NCBI GenBank assembly: GCA_903862845.1
Contig: CAIOZS010000103.1
Location: forward strand, 6,187 to 70,186
Direction of reading: 5' to 3'
DNA: 64,000 bases
Source: an uncultured Thermoleophilia bacterium
GTDB lineage: Bacteria > Actinomycetota > Thermoleophilia > UBA2241
Shown here: positions 18,713-28,500 of the stretch, in pieces
Position numbering within the stretch: position 1 is the stretch's first letter
Layout of the letters: each line of letters starts with the position of its first letter
Translations under genes and position numbers: made by a program
Notes under the pieces: generated by a model
Databases searched by the model: none
Told to the model about the DNA's origin: nothing
The model's input: only the letters and a program-made list of their open reading frames with translations

Positions 18713-19579
18713 CTACGGAGCAAGCAGAGCGAGGAAGTCGCCGGCGGAGTCCTTGTTGGCGAAGCTGCCCTCGATCTCGTCACCGTTAGTAAAACGAACC
18801 ACGATTTCGTAGCGCTCGAAGCCATCATCGCAAGTATGGCTCTCGTCGTAGTCGCTCACATACGACAGGGCTTCAGACGCGGTGCGGAACTCGCGGCGGA
18901 TACCATGGAGGGCCAAGACCACGATGCCTTCAATTCGGCGATCCGTGACGGCCCTCAGCTGCCGCAAGAAGACCGCGAGCGCTGACTCATTGATCTCGAG
19001 AAGGGCCGCAGCAACACGGTTGCGCTGCGACTGTGGAAGTGCATTCCACGCGGCGACCTTCTGAGCAAACTCATCATCCGGCGTTTGTTCATCGAAGTCG
19101 GCGTCTATGCCGACTTCAGCGAAAGCCGCGACGACGGACTGATAGGGAAGATACGCAACCGCAAAACCGCGTGATCGCAGTTGCGCCAGGGCGCCTTCGG
19201 TAAAGACTCCCGCCAGAACCACTGCTCCCAGTGGCCGGTGATCGCTGTACATCTTCAGGAGCGGCTCGATCGCCCCCTGAATCTCCTGGGCCTTGTTTCG
19301 CGAGTGCTTGGTGTAGCGGCGCCACGCCGTTTCGATGAAGGCGACAGGAGCGCCAATCTCGCGCTCGGTCCCACCTCGCTCCAGAACGAAGTCGAGGTCA
19401 TGTTTGTTGCCAGCGCCGTCCGTCCAGGACACCTTCCTGCCGGTTCTGACCGCACGCCGGCCCTTCTTGTCGAGGTAGAGACCCTTCTGGTCGGCGAAGT
19501 CATGCAGCGGAGTGGCGATGGCCACTTCAAGGAGGTCTCCGATCATCTGACCGAACTGATGTGATGGAGAACCGGCCAA
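18713..19579 (-). CDS. Putative Type II restriction endonuclease (partner of the adjacent methyltransferase)
   Basis: 288-aa ORF 1 nt downstream of the MTase gene, co-directional with it, in a lower-GC (~60%) block. No recognisable family motif, so the call rests on context. Confidence 0.45.
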   Translation of the reverse strand: MAGSPSHQFGQMIGDLLEVAIATPLHDFADQKGLYLDKKGRRAVRTGRKVSWTDGAGNKHDLDFVLERGGTEREIGAPVAFIETAWRRYTKHSRNKAQEIQGAIEPLLKMYSDHRPLGAVVLAGVFTEGALAQLRSRGFAVAYLPYQSVVAAFAEVGIDADFDEQTPDDEFAQKVAAWNALPQSQRNRVAAALLEINESALAVFLRQLRAVTDRRIEGIVVLALHGIRREFRTASEALSYVSDYDESHTCDDGFERYEIVVRFTNGDEIEGSFANKDSAGDFLALLAP

Positions 19580-19580
19580 G

Positions 19581-20879
19581 CTAGCCCCTTATCCAGAGTC
19601 GACCCTCGTGAAGCGGAACGGTGTGCTTTCGGTTCTTCCACTTCGTGTTGCGGTCGCGAGTCTTCTCAAACTCGAACTCGCCAAACCCAGCCGCCTGAGC
19701 AAGCTCTCCGAGCCATCGCTCGACCGGAACGTATACGCCGTAGGGCGCGGAGTCGCCAACAACGAAGCACATCGTGACACCGGGCGCGCATTTGGGCCTG
19801 AGCTTCTGGAAGGCCGTGGCCATGTCAACAAAATAGCCTGCGATCATTCCGTGATACGGCTTGCGGCCGCCCTTGGTCTCGCGGACGGATTTGAGTTCAG
19901 AGCACACGCCTTCAATCTCTGACCTGATCGGATCAAGCGACGGGTCGCTGAGCAGTTCTCTGACCTTGCCGGAGTGCCCCGTTGAAGCTTGAGTACATGA
20001 GCGAACGAGCTGTCGTCTGATTCCTTTCAGGTCACCCCAGCCAACGGCATCGCCGAAGAACGTCATCTCCAGTCGCGTGGCGTCGGCGTAGTCGAAGTTG
20101 TTCGCGTATGGTGGTGAGGTGACAACAAGAGTCGCCCAGTTGTCGAGAAGAGGTAGGTCGTTCGTGACAGTGACCTCATGCAGAATCGCTCGAGCGCCTA
20201 TTGCGCTCGTCTGCATGGCCCTCATGTCGGCGCTCATCGCTGACACCTGAGCCTCGAATGCTAGAAACGGCTTGAGAACTCGCTTCTTGGATTTCGCCGG
20301 CAGAATGTACTGCCACTGCGCCGTTCCAGCATGCGAGGTTGGTCGAAGAATCGCGGCGAGTGCCAGCCAAACCAGATCAACAATTCGCGTGGGGGCGTCG
20401 ATGGCCTCGAGCTCTGATCGAAGCGCATCAAGGTCGCGGAGTGCGGGGTCCGAGTAGCATCGGCGAATCAGGTCCGGATAGGTTCGTGTGTCAGTCGCAT
20501 GTTGACGCGCTCTGGACAGGAGCTCGGTCGCGGCAGTTCCGAAACGAGCGGGGTCCTCATTCCACGCCAGCTTGGCTCGCGCGACGCGGGCGACAAAAGG
20601 CTGCACTTCAACGCCAACTGCCTCATGTCCGACTGACTGCGCAGCGAGCAGTACCGTCCCCGAGCCCGCGAATGGGTCCAGAACCCGTGTTATCTTCTCG
20701 CGCTGCGCATGCTCACCGATGACGGATTCAACCCACGCAGACGAGAAGCCCGCGGAGTACTTGAACCAACGATGCACCGGCAGGGACATATTATCGACGA
20801 AGGTCGAACTCACATGGTCGCGACTTGTTGCCGCTGTCACCGGCTCGACCTCGAAGAGTCTCGGTTGTGGTGTGGCCAA
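19581..20879 (-). CDS. DNA methyltransferase (amino-MTase, N4-C or N6-A) with motif I DPFAGSGT and motif IV TSPPY
   Basis: VLDPFAGSGTVLLAAQ (FxGxG SAM-binding) and LVVTSPPYANNFDY (S/D-PPY catalytic motif) separated by about 185 aa. Confidence 0.8.
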   Translation of the reverse strand: MATPQPRLFEVEPVTAATSRDHVSSTFVDNMSLPVHRWFKYSAGFSSAWVESVIGEHAQREKITRVLDPFAGSGTVLLAAQSVGHEAVGVEVQPFVARVARAKLAWNEDPARFGTAATELLSRARQHATDTRTYPDLIRRCYSDPALRDLDALRSELEAIDAPTRIVDLVWLALAAILRPTSHAGTAQWQYILPAKSKKRVLKPFLAFEAQVSAMSADMRAMQTSAIGARAILHEVTVTNDLPLLDNWATLVVTSPPYANNFDYADATRLEMTFFGDAVGWGDLKGIRRQLVRSCTQASTGHSGKVRELLSDPSLDPIRSEIEGVCSELKSVRETKGGRKPYHGMIAGYFVDMATAFQKLRPKCAPGVTMCFVVGDSAPYGVYVPVERWLGELAQAAGFGEFEFEKTRDRNTKWKNRKHTVPLHEGRLWIRG

Positions 20880-21920
20880 ACGACACCTCCAATGCCTTCA
20901 GCAATGATACACGTGGGGACGGACGGACGCGGTCAGCGGTCAGAGAATGCCGGGTGACAACCGAACGGCAAGGGAGAAACGTGCTGTCGCGACGACCGAG
21001 GCCAATGAGTATGAAGTCTGTGCAAGACGTCTGACACAGCTATCCCTTTCTGCGTAACATTGCGCGGCGCCCCAAACCCCTGTGCGTGGTCACGCCTGCC
21101 GCGCCGCGCTTCGCTTGCACCCTATGCGGTCAGCATAACACCAGCCTCCGCGGCCCTCTGGGAGCCGCGATTCGCGGTGGCAATGCCGCTCACCTCGCCC
21201 CTCCTCGCCGCGCCTGACGGCTGCCCGGTGCCTTTGGTCGCCCATGCGCATGAGCGGCTCAGGGGGCAGAACGTTCCCGGCGCGCAAGAAGACTCCTGCC
21301 GCCGAACCTGACGGCGCGTCGATCGCGACGAGAGCTCCACGGCGATGGATGTGTCTTCTCGTGCCGCCGACTGGCCGCCCGCGTCGCGCTCGACGACCTC
21401 GAGGTGTTGCGGCAGCGCAGGGCGGGGTGGCAGGCGGCGCAGTTGCCGGGCGGTCCGACGCGCGCCCGCCTTGTCACCGCACCCCGGCAACAAGCGCAGA
21501 GCGGTCAATAACCAGCGCATGTGCAGGTCCCTCCAGCCGCCCGCTCAGCGTCGTACTGCACTCCGCGACGGCTCGCATGAGGCACAGCTGAGCCTTTGCA
21601 CGGCAGGAGTCAGGGGTTCGATCTTTCTGTGGCCCGCAACTACGGGCTCGAAATCCGCGCGGGCGAGGCAGAGGTCATGGACTTCGTCCGGGGGTCACTG
21701 CATCATCTGGAAGGCGTCGTGAAGGCGCAGGCGGTAGGTGTCCCTTACAGCATCAAGGACATCGCGGACTGGGAAGTCCTTCTACGGCGGCGAGCTGGCC
21801 GCTTGCCGGAGCGGCAAAGCAACCTTGACCTCTTCCCGAGGGTTCGCGAGTTGTCGACAGAGGGGGCGCCATCCTCTCCGTCCGCCGCGTCGGCGTGCGC
21901 CCTTGAGATAGTCTCACGGC

Positions 21921-22829
21921 ATGGATGCGCGCCCTCCCGCCTCGGCCTACGCCGCCGCCGTGGGCATGACCGTGGCCTTCGGGCTTTCTTTCGTGGCCAC
22001 CAAGTACGCCCTGCGCGGCTTCGAGCCGCTGCTGCTCGCGCTGCTCCGCTTCGCCCTCGCCGGAGGTATCCTCTGGGTCGTTTGGCGTCTGCGCCGCGGG
22101 CCTGAGCGGGTCTCGCGCGGGGAGCTCGGCCGCCTCGCGCTTCTGGGCTTCGTCTCGCTCACCGTCTACTTCAGCTTCGAGAACCTGGGGATCGCCCGCA
22201 CCAGCGCGTCCGAGGCGGCCATCCTGATCGCCACGATCCCGCTCTTCGTCGTCATCCTGAACACGTTCACCCTGCGCGAGCGCACCACGGCGCGGCAGTG
22301 GGCGGGCATCGCGATCTCCTTCGCCGGCATCGCCGCGCTCGTGCTGCTCGGCGGCAGCGGGGCCGGCGGTGGCAGCCTCTCGGGCAACCTCCTGGTGCTC
22401 GCCGCCTCGCTGTCGGCCGGCGTGTACAGCATCCTTGCCCGGAGCCTGCTCGTGAGCCGTCCCGCGCTGTTCGTGACGACCTTTCAGAACCTCTTCGGGG
22501 CGCTGTTCATGCTCCCGCTCGCGCTCGCCGAGGCGGCGCTCGTCGGCGTGCGCGACCCGACGCCGCGGGCCATCGGCGGGCTGCTGTTTCTCACCGTGGT
22601 GTGTTCCATCACGGCCTACCTGCTGCTGAACTACGCGTTCCGCTTTCTCGCGGCGAGCAGAGTGGCGGTGTTCATCAACCTGACGCCCCTCGTGGCCGTG
22701 GCCGGCGCCTACGTGCTCCTCGGCGAGCGCTTCACGCTGGGGCAGGCCGCTGCCGCTGTGGTGGTCGTCGCGGGGGTGTGGCTGACGAACAGCGGCGGGG
22801 GAGCCGCTAGAAATCCATCGGCAGGATGA
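21921..22829 (+). CDS. EamA/DMT-family transporter
   Basis: 10-TMS, two EamA-like halves (LRFALAGGIL.., TPLVAVAGAYVLLGERFT). Confidence 0.7.
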   Translation: MDARPPASAYAAAVGMTVAFGLSFVATKYALRGFEPLLLALLRFALAGGILWVVWRLRRGPERVSRGELGRLALLGFVSLTVYFSFENLGIARTSASEAAILIATIPLFVVILNTFTLRERTTARQWAGIAISFAGIAALVLLGGSGAGGGSLSGNLLVLAASLSAGVYSILARSLLVSRPALFVTTFQNLFGALFMLPLALAEAALVGVRDPTPRAIGGLLFLTVVCSITAYLLLNYAFRFLAASRVAVFINLTPLVAVAGAYVLLGERFTLGQAAAAVVVVAGVWLTNSGGGAARNPSAG

Positions 22830-23310
22830 GGTCGAGAGCCAGGGCCTCGACGAGCTTCGCCGACTCTTCGGCGAAGTTGCGCCTGGTCATGGCGTCGGCT
22901 TCACTGGCCAGCGCCTTGGCGCCCAGGTAGATCTCGCGGTTGAAGGCCTCGACGCCGTCGCGGCCGAGGACGACGCTGCGCTGCGTCTCGCAATTGGGGC
23001 AGCGCAGCAGGAGGTTCCAGCTCGCCGCGTTGTTGCGTTCCCAGTCGAGCGGATACACGAGGTCGCTGCTGCAGAGAGGGCACTCGTGGGCCGCTCCGAC
23101 CGGCACGTGCCCGACCGGCGGCGGCGCCTGCGTGGCCGTAGGCTTGGCGCCGGGCTGCGCCTCTTGCTCGGCCGAGCCGGCGTTGCGGTCGCGGGTCGGC
23201 CGGGACGAGGCCGGCGACGATTCGCACGCCGCCGCGAACACGATCATTTCAACGGCGGTGCCGTCGGGGAAGATGAAGAGCTCCATGCGATAGTCTTCGT
23301 CGTGGGCCAT
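22807..23310 (-). CDS. Hypothetical zinc-ribbon protein
   Basis: CPLC...(19 aa)...CPNC Cys pairs. No family assigned. Confidence 0.45.
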   Translation of the reverse strand: MAHDEDYRMELFIFPDGTAVEMIVFAAACESSPASSRPTRDRNAGSAEQEAQPGAKPTATQAPPPVGHVPVGAAHECPLCSSDLVYPLDWERNNAASWNLLLRCPNCETQRSVVLGRDGVEAFNREIYLGAKALASEADAMTRRNFAEESAKLVEALALDLILPMDF

Positions 23311-23498
23311 GTCCGCGCCCGGATGTCACCCGGGCTGGCCTCCTCTCTCACAGGCTGTATCGGAAGGCCAACGCCGTCACTTGATTCTCGGCGTTGCCCG
23401 CGCGGACAACGAGGCCGCCGGGGCGCCGCGGCCTGTCTGGACAGTGCCTCGCGAGGTGGGGGATACTTGCCGGGGCGCCGCGCCGGCGCCCGGTGACC

Positions 23499-24353
23499 AT
23501 GACCAGCCCCTCCACAGACGATCGCGACCTCGCGGCTCTGCCCATCGGCATGTTCGACTCGGGCATGGGCGGTCTCACCGTGCTCCACGAGTGCCTGGTC
23601 ACGCTGCCCGGCGAGAACTTCGCCTACGTCGGCGACACGGCACGCTTTCCCTACGGCGAGAAGACCCGCGAGGAGCTCGAGCTGTACGCGCGGCAGCTCA
23701 CAGCCTTTCTCGAGACCGTGCCGGTGAAGCTGGTCGTCGTGGCCTGCTACTCCGCCACCTCGGCGGCGCTGCCGCTGTTGCAGGAGCGCTTCGCGACGCC
23801 CATCGTCGGGGTGGTCATGCCGGGCGCGCGGGCGGCGGTCCAGACGTCGCGGTACCGCCGCATCGGCGTCCTCGCCACCGAGGCGACCGTGGCCAGCGGC
23901 GCCTACCCGCGCGCGATTCACAGCCTTGACGGCGGCGCCGAGGTGTTCCAGCAGGCGTGCCCGGGCCTCGTCTCGTTCATCGAGGAGGGCGACGTCGCGA
24001 GCCAGGCGCTCGCCGACGCGGTGCGCGGCTTCACCGCGCCGCTCAAGGAGCAGCGCCCCGACGTGGTGATCCTGGGCTGCACGCACTACCCGCTCATCGC
24101 GCCCATGCTGCAGCGCTTCCTGGGGCGCGACGTCACGCTCGTGAACCCGGCCACAGAGATCGCCCTTGAGGTCGAGGGCATCCTTCGGCGGCAGGGCCTC
24201 GCCCGCGCCGAGGACCGCGTGGGCTCGTACCGCTTCTACGCCACCGGTGACGTCGAGGCCTTCCGCACCGTCGGCGCGCGCTTCCTGCAGATGCCCCTCA
24301 CGCGCGTGCGCAGGCTCTCGCTCGGCGCCCTGGAAGCCCTCGTTGCGCCATGA
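23499..24353 (+). CDS. murI: Glutamate racemase
   Basis: IGMFDSGMGGLTVL and GCTHYPL motifs of MurI. The ORF-track N-terminal extension was discarded; start at MTSPSTDD. Confidence 0.9.
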   Translation: MTSPSTDDRDLAALPIGMFDSGMGGLTVLHECLVTLPGENFAYVGDTARFPYGEKTREELELYARQLTAFLETVPVKLVVVACYSATSAALPLLQERFATPIVGVVMPGARAAVQTSRYRRIGVLATEATVASGAYPRAIHSLDGGAEVFQQACPGLVSFIEEGDVASQALADAVRGFTAPLKEQRPDVVILGCTHYPLIAPMLQRFLGRDVTLVNPATEIALEVEGILRRQGLARAEDRVGSYRFYATGDVEAFRTVGARFLQMPLTRVRRLSLGALEALVAP

Positions 24354-24832
24354 GCGCCCGCCTGCTCGCGCGCGCGGCGCTGTATGCCGCACTCTACGCC
24401 GTTCTCACGCTCGCCCCGGGGCTCAACGCGCTGTCGTACGGGCCGCTGCAGTTCCGCGTCTCCGAGTCCCTGCTGGTCTTCGCCTGCGTCGACCCGGCGG
24501 CCGTCGTGGGCCTCTCGGTGGGGACGGCGCTGGGCAACCTCGGGAGCCCGATGCTGATCATCGACGTCGTCGGCGGCTCCCTGCTCACGCTGGTCGCGGC
24601 CGCGCTCATGCAGCGCATCGGGCCGCGGTTCGTGGCCCTCGCGGTGCCGGTGGTCGTCAACGGCTTCGGGGTCGCCGCCATGCTCGCGCTCGTGCTCGAG
24701 CTGCCGTTCTGGGCCAGCGCCGTGTGGGTGGCCGCCGGCGAAGCGGCCGTGATGGCGACCGGCGGCGCGGCGCTGCTCGTGCTCATCAAGCGCCGCGGCG
24801 ACATGTTCGGGTTGACGCGACCCGCGGCCTGA
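24350..24832 (+). CDS. Small 5-TMS membrane protein, QueT-like (queuosine-precursor transporter family), putative
   Basis: [27 protein letters not shown] resembles QueT family N-termini. Start overlaps the murI stop. Confidence 0.4.
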   Translation: MSARLLARAALYAALYAVLTLAPGLNALSYGPLQFRVSESLLVFACVDPAAVVGLSVGTALGNLGSPMLIIDVVGGSLLTLVAAALMQRIGPRFVALAVPVVVNGFGVAAMLALVLELPFWASAVWVAAGEAAVMATGGAALLVLIKRRGDMFGLTRPAA

Positions 24833-24872
24833 AGGCCGCGAAAGGCCGCCGCGGCGGCCGGGGAGGACCATC

Positions 24873-25592
24873 TTGAGGACAGGACGCAAAGCCGACGAGC
24901 TGCGGCCGCTGAGCATCGAGCCGGCCGTGGCCAAGTTCGCCGCCGGCTCGGCGCGCATCGCGCTCGGCGACACGATCGTGCTCTGCACGGCCTCGCTGAG
25001 CGAGGGCGTGCCCCGCTGGCTGCGCGGCTCCGGCCGCGGCTGGCTCACGGCCGAGTACAGCATGCTGCCCGGCGCCACGCCCACGCGCACCGCCCGCGAG
25101 GCGGTGCGCGGGCGCCAATCCGGGCGCACGATGGAGATCCAGCGGCTCATCGGGCGCAGCCTGCGCAGCGTCGTCGATCTCGGCATCGTCGGCGAGCGTA
25201 CCATCGCCGTGGACTGCGACGTGCTGCAGGCCGACGGCGGCACGCGCACCGCCGGCATCACCGGCGCCTACGTGGCGGTGTATCAGGTCGCGCTCAAGAT
25301 CAAGGACCTGATCGGCCTCAACGAGGTGCCGCTGTTCGATTCGCTGGCCGCCATCTCCGCGGGCGTCGTCGACGGCCGCGTTCTTCTCGATCTCGACTAC
25401 GAGGAGGACTCGGCTGCCGCTGTCGACATGAACGTGGTCATGACCGGCGCGGGCAAGCTCGTGGAGGTGCAGGCCACCGCCGAGGGCGAGCCGTACGCGC
25501 GAGAGACCCTGGACGAGATGCTGGAGCTGGCCGCCGCCGGAGCGGCCGCCCTGGCGGCCGCGCAAGCGGCGGCCGTCGAGGCGCTGGGCTAA
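24873..25592 (+). CDS. rph: Ribonuclease PH
   Basis: Full-length RNase PH ([28 protein letters not shown]). Confidence 0.9.
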   Translation: MRTGRKADELRPLSIEPAVAKFAAGSARIALGDTIVLCTASLSEGVPRWLRGSGRGWLTAEYSMLPGATPTRTAREAVRGRQSGRTMEIQRLIGRSLRSVVDLGIVGERTIAVDCDVLQADGGTRTAGITGAYVAVYQVALKIKDLIGLNEVPLFDSLAAISAGVVDGRVLLDLDYEEDSAAAVDMNVVMTGAGKLVEVQATAEGEPYARETLDEMLELAAAGAAALAAAQAAAVEALG

Positions 25593-25603
25593 CGGTGGGC
25601 GGC

Positions 25604-26293
25604 ATGCGCTTCATGCTCGCCACCGGCAACCGCCACAAACTGGGCGAGCTCCAGAAGATCCTGGCGCCGCTCGAGGTGCTGCCGATGCCCGCCTGGGTCG
25701 AGCTGCCGCCCGAAGACATCGAGTCGTTCGCGGGCAATGCTCTCGGCAAGGCGCTCGGGCTGGCGCGGGCGCTCGCCGCCGGGCAGCCTGCGGCCGCCGG
25801 CGCGCACGGCGTCGCCCGAACGCACGGCGCCGCCGCTCGAGCGGCCGGCCAAGGCCCAGCCGACCTTTTCTGCCTCGCCGACGACTCCGGCCTTGAGGTA
25901 GAGGCGCTGGGGTGGGCGCCGGGCGTCACCAGCGCCCGCTACGCGGGCGTGGACGGGCCCGGCGCCGACGCCGCCAACGTGGCGCGCCTCCTGCGCGAGA
26001 TGGCCGGCTGCGCCGGCCCGCGCGCGCGCCGGGCGCGCTTCGTCTGCTCAGTTGTCGCCGTCGCCCCCGACCTGACAGAATACGCGGCGACGGGATACTG
26101 GTGGGGCGCCATCGCCACGGCGCCGCGCGGTGAGGGCGGGTTCGGCTACGACCCCGTCTTCGTCCCCGAGGGGTCAGACCTCACTGTGGCCGAGTGGCCG
26201 CAGGCCGACAAGGACCAGGCCAGCCACCGCGCCCTGGCCGGTAGAGCCCTCCTCCAGCGTTTGCGACGAGAGGGCCTGCTCGATGGGCGTTGA
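25604..26293 (+). CDS. rdgB: Non-canonical purine NTP pyrophosphatase (RdgB/HAM1 family)
   Basis: FMLATGNRHKLGEL..., GFGYDPVF motif; classic rph-rdgB pair. Confidence 0.85.
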   Translation: MRFMLATGNRHKLGELQKILAPLEVLPMPAWVELPPEDIESFAGNALGKALGLARALAAGQPAAAGAHGVARTHGAAARAAGQGPADLFCLADDSGLEVEALGWAPGVTSARYAGVDGPGADAANVARLLREMAGCAGPRARRARFVCSVVAVAPDLTEYAATGYWWGAIATAPRGEGGFGYDPVFVPEGSDLTVAEWPQADKDQASHRALAGRALLQRLRREGLLDGR

Positions 26294-27218
26294 CAATCCT
26301 GAGGTGAAGAAGCCCTTCGGCGACCTGACCGACCACCGGCTCAAGTCGCGCGCCGCGGCGGTCTCGATCGTCTCCAACTCGGCGCTCATCGTCTTCAAGC
26401 TCGCGGTCGGCATCATGTCGGGCTCGATCGCCATCATTTCGGAGGCCCTGCACTCGGGCTCAGATCTCGTGGCCGCGATCATCGCCTTCTACTCGGTGCG
26501 CAAGGCGGCGGTGCCGCCGGATCTCCACCATCACTACGGCCACGAGAAGGTCGAGAACCTGAGCGGCGTCATCGAGGCGCTGCTCATCATCGCCGCCGCC
26601 GGCGTGATCATCTACGAGGGCATCCTCAAGATCATTGACGGGCCGCACATCGACCACATCTGGCTGGGCATCACCGTGATGGTCGTCTCGGGCGTGGTCA
26701 ACCTCGTGGTGTCGCGCAAGGTGCTCTACCCGGTCGCCAGGCGCACGCAGTCGGCGGCGCTCGAGGCCGACGCCGCCCACCTGCTCACCGACGTCTACAC
26801 GTCGTTCGGCGTGGCCGGCGGCCTCTTGCTGGTCAAGCTCACGGGTTGGGCGCTGTTCGACCCCATCGCCGCCATCGCCGTGGCTGTGCTCATCATCTGG
26901 ACCGGCTACCGGCTCGTGGTGCAGTCCACCAAGGTGCTGCTCGACCAGACGCTGCCCGAGGAGGAGCTCGACGAGATCCGCCGCTGCGTCAAGGACCACG
27001 AAGGCGACCTCATCTGGGGGTACCACAAACTGCGCGCTCGGCAAGCCGGCAGCCGGCGCCACATCGACCTGCATATCACCGTCGACGAGACGCTGACCGT
27101 GGCCGCGGCGCACCAGACCGCCGAGCACATCGAAGCCGACATCCGTGCGTGCGTGCCCAACGCCGACGTGCTCGTGCACATCGAGCCCCGCTCGCACGAG
27201 CGCGACGACGGTACCTGA
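26283..27218 (+). CDS. Cation diffusion facilitator family transporter
   Basis: SIVSNSALIVFKLAVGIMSGSIAIISEALHSGSDL, HYGHEKVE, C-terminal cytoplasmic domain. Confidence 0.85.
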   Translation: MGVDNPEVKKPFGDLTDHRLKSRAAAVSIVSNSALIVFKLAVGIMSGSIAIISEALHSGSDLVAAIIAFYSVRKAAVPPDLHHHYGHEKVENLSGVIEALLIIAAAGVIIYEGILKIIDGPHIDHIWLGITVMVVSGVVNLVVSRKVLYPVARRTQSAALEADAAHLLTDVYTSFGVAGGLLLVKLTGWALFDPIAAIAVAVLIIWTGYRLVVQSTKVLLDQTLPEEELDEIRRCVKDHEGDLIWGYHKLRARQAGSRRHIDLHITVDETLTVAAAHQTAEHIEADIRACVPNADVLVHIEPRSHERDDGT

Positions 27219-27221
27219 GCC

Positions 27222-28490
27222 TCAGAAGAGGAATGGTGACGCGACGAGCGTCACCGAGAGCCCGATCAGGGCCACCGAGAACGCCCAGGCGATGCCGTTG
27301 TAGATGCGCCCGTTGACGTGCTCTCCCATGACCTTCGGGTCGTTGATGATCTTGAGCACGTAGATCAGGATGATGGGCAGCAGGATCCCGTTCACGTCCT
27401 GGCTGAGCAGCATCACCTTTACCAGCGGGAGGCGGGGGATGATGGCGACCAGCGCCGGCACGAGGATGAAGGCCGACAGCAGGCCGTTGAAGGCCGGCGC
27501 CTCGTCCCACTTTTTGTCGAGCCCGCTCTCGAAGCCGAAGGCCTCGCAGACGGCGTAGGCGGTGGTGAGCGGCAGGATCGACGCTCCCAAGATGGAGACG
27601 TTCAGGAGACCGAAGCCGAAAAGCAGCGACGCGGCCCGGCCGGCGAGCGGCGCCAGCGCCCGGGCGGCGTCCTGGGCCGTCTCCACGACGATGCCGTTCT
27701 TGTAGAGCGTCGCCGCGCAGGCCAGCACGATGAACAGGTCGATGGCGTCGGTGAACACGGCGCCGATGAAGACCTCGACCTTGGTGTACACGTAGTCGCG
27801 GATCGAGATGCGCTTGTCGACGATGTAGGCCTGGATGAAGAACTGGCCCCAGGGCGTGATCGTCGTGCCGATGGCGGCGATCGCCGTGAGCAGCCAGAGG
27901 CTGCTCAGCTGGGCCTTGGGAACGACGGTGCCGTGGAGCGCCGCGCCCCAATCCGGCCTCGCCAGCATGCCGGCCACGAAATAGGCGACGTACACGGCGG
28001 TGAGCGCCAGGAAGACGCGCTCGACCTTGCGGTAGTTGCCGCGCGTCACGAGCAGCCACACGCCCACCGCGACCGGCGGCACGGCCAGCCACGGCGGGAT
28101 GTGGGCCAGGCTGAACGCGGAAGCCACGCCCGAGAACTCCGCCACGGTCGTGCCGAAGTTGGCGACGAGGAGGGCGAGCATCGCGAACGCCGTCACCTTG
28201 AGGCTGAACTTCTCGCGGATCAGCGCCGCCAGACCCTTGCCGGTCACGGCCCCCATGCGCGCGCCCATCTCCTGGGTCACCGCCAGGATGGGCGTGATGA
28301 GCAGCAGCAGCCAGAGCAAGCTGTAGCCGTAGCGGGCGCCGATCACCGACCAGGTGGTGATGCCGCCGGCATCGTTGTCCGAGGCCGCCGAGATCAGGCC
28401 CGGCCCGAGAATCGCGAAGAAGATGGCGAGCCGGCTGCGGCCGATGCGGCCGACCAGCCGGCGGCCTACACTCCGTGGAGACTGCGCCAT
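27222..28490 (-). CDS. mntH: NRAMP-family divalent metal (Mn2+/Fe2+) transporter
   Basis: GPGLISAASDNDAGGITTWSVIGARYGY and TPILAVTQEMGARMG NRAMP signatures. Confidence 0.85.
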   Translation of the reverse strand: MAQSPRSVGRRLVGRIGRSRLAIFFAILGPGLISAASDNDAGGITTWSVIGARYGYSLLWLLLLITPILAVTQEMGARMGAVTGKGLAALIREKFSLKVTAFAMLALLVANFGTTVAEFSGVASAFSLAHIPPWLAVPPVAVGVWLLVTRGNYRKVERVFLALTAVYVAYFVAGMLARPDWGAALHGTVVPKAQLSSLWLLTAIAAIGTTITPWGQFFIQAYIVDKRISIRDYVYTKVEVFIGAVFTDAIDLFIVLACAATLYKNGIVVETAQDAARALAPLAGRAASLLFGFGLLNVSILGASILPLTTAYAVCEAFGFESGLDKKWDEAPAFNGLLSAFILVPALVAIIPRLPLVKVMLLSQDVNGILLPIILIYVLKIINDPKVMGEHVNGRIYNGIAWAFSVALIGLSVTLVASPFLF

Positions 28491-28500
28491 CGAGGCCTCC

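Noticed and set aside
21590-21660. GGGGTTCGATC motif reminiscent of a tRNA T-arm
   Set aside because: No complementary T-stem, acceptor stem or anticodon arm could be formed; not a tRNA.
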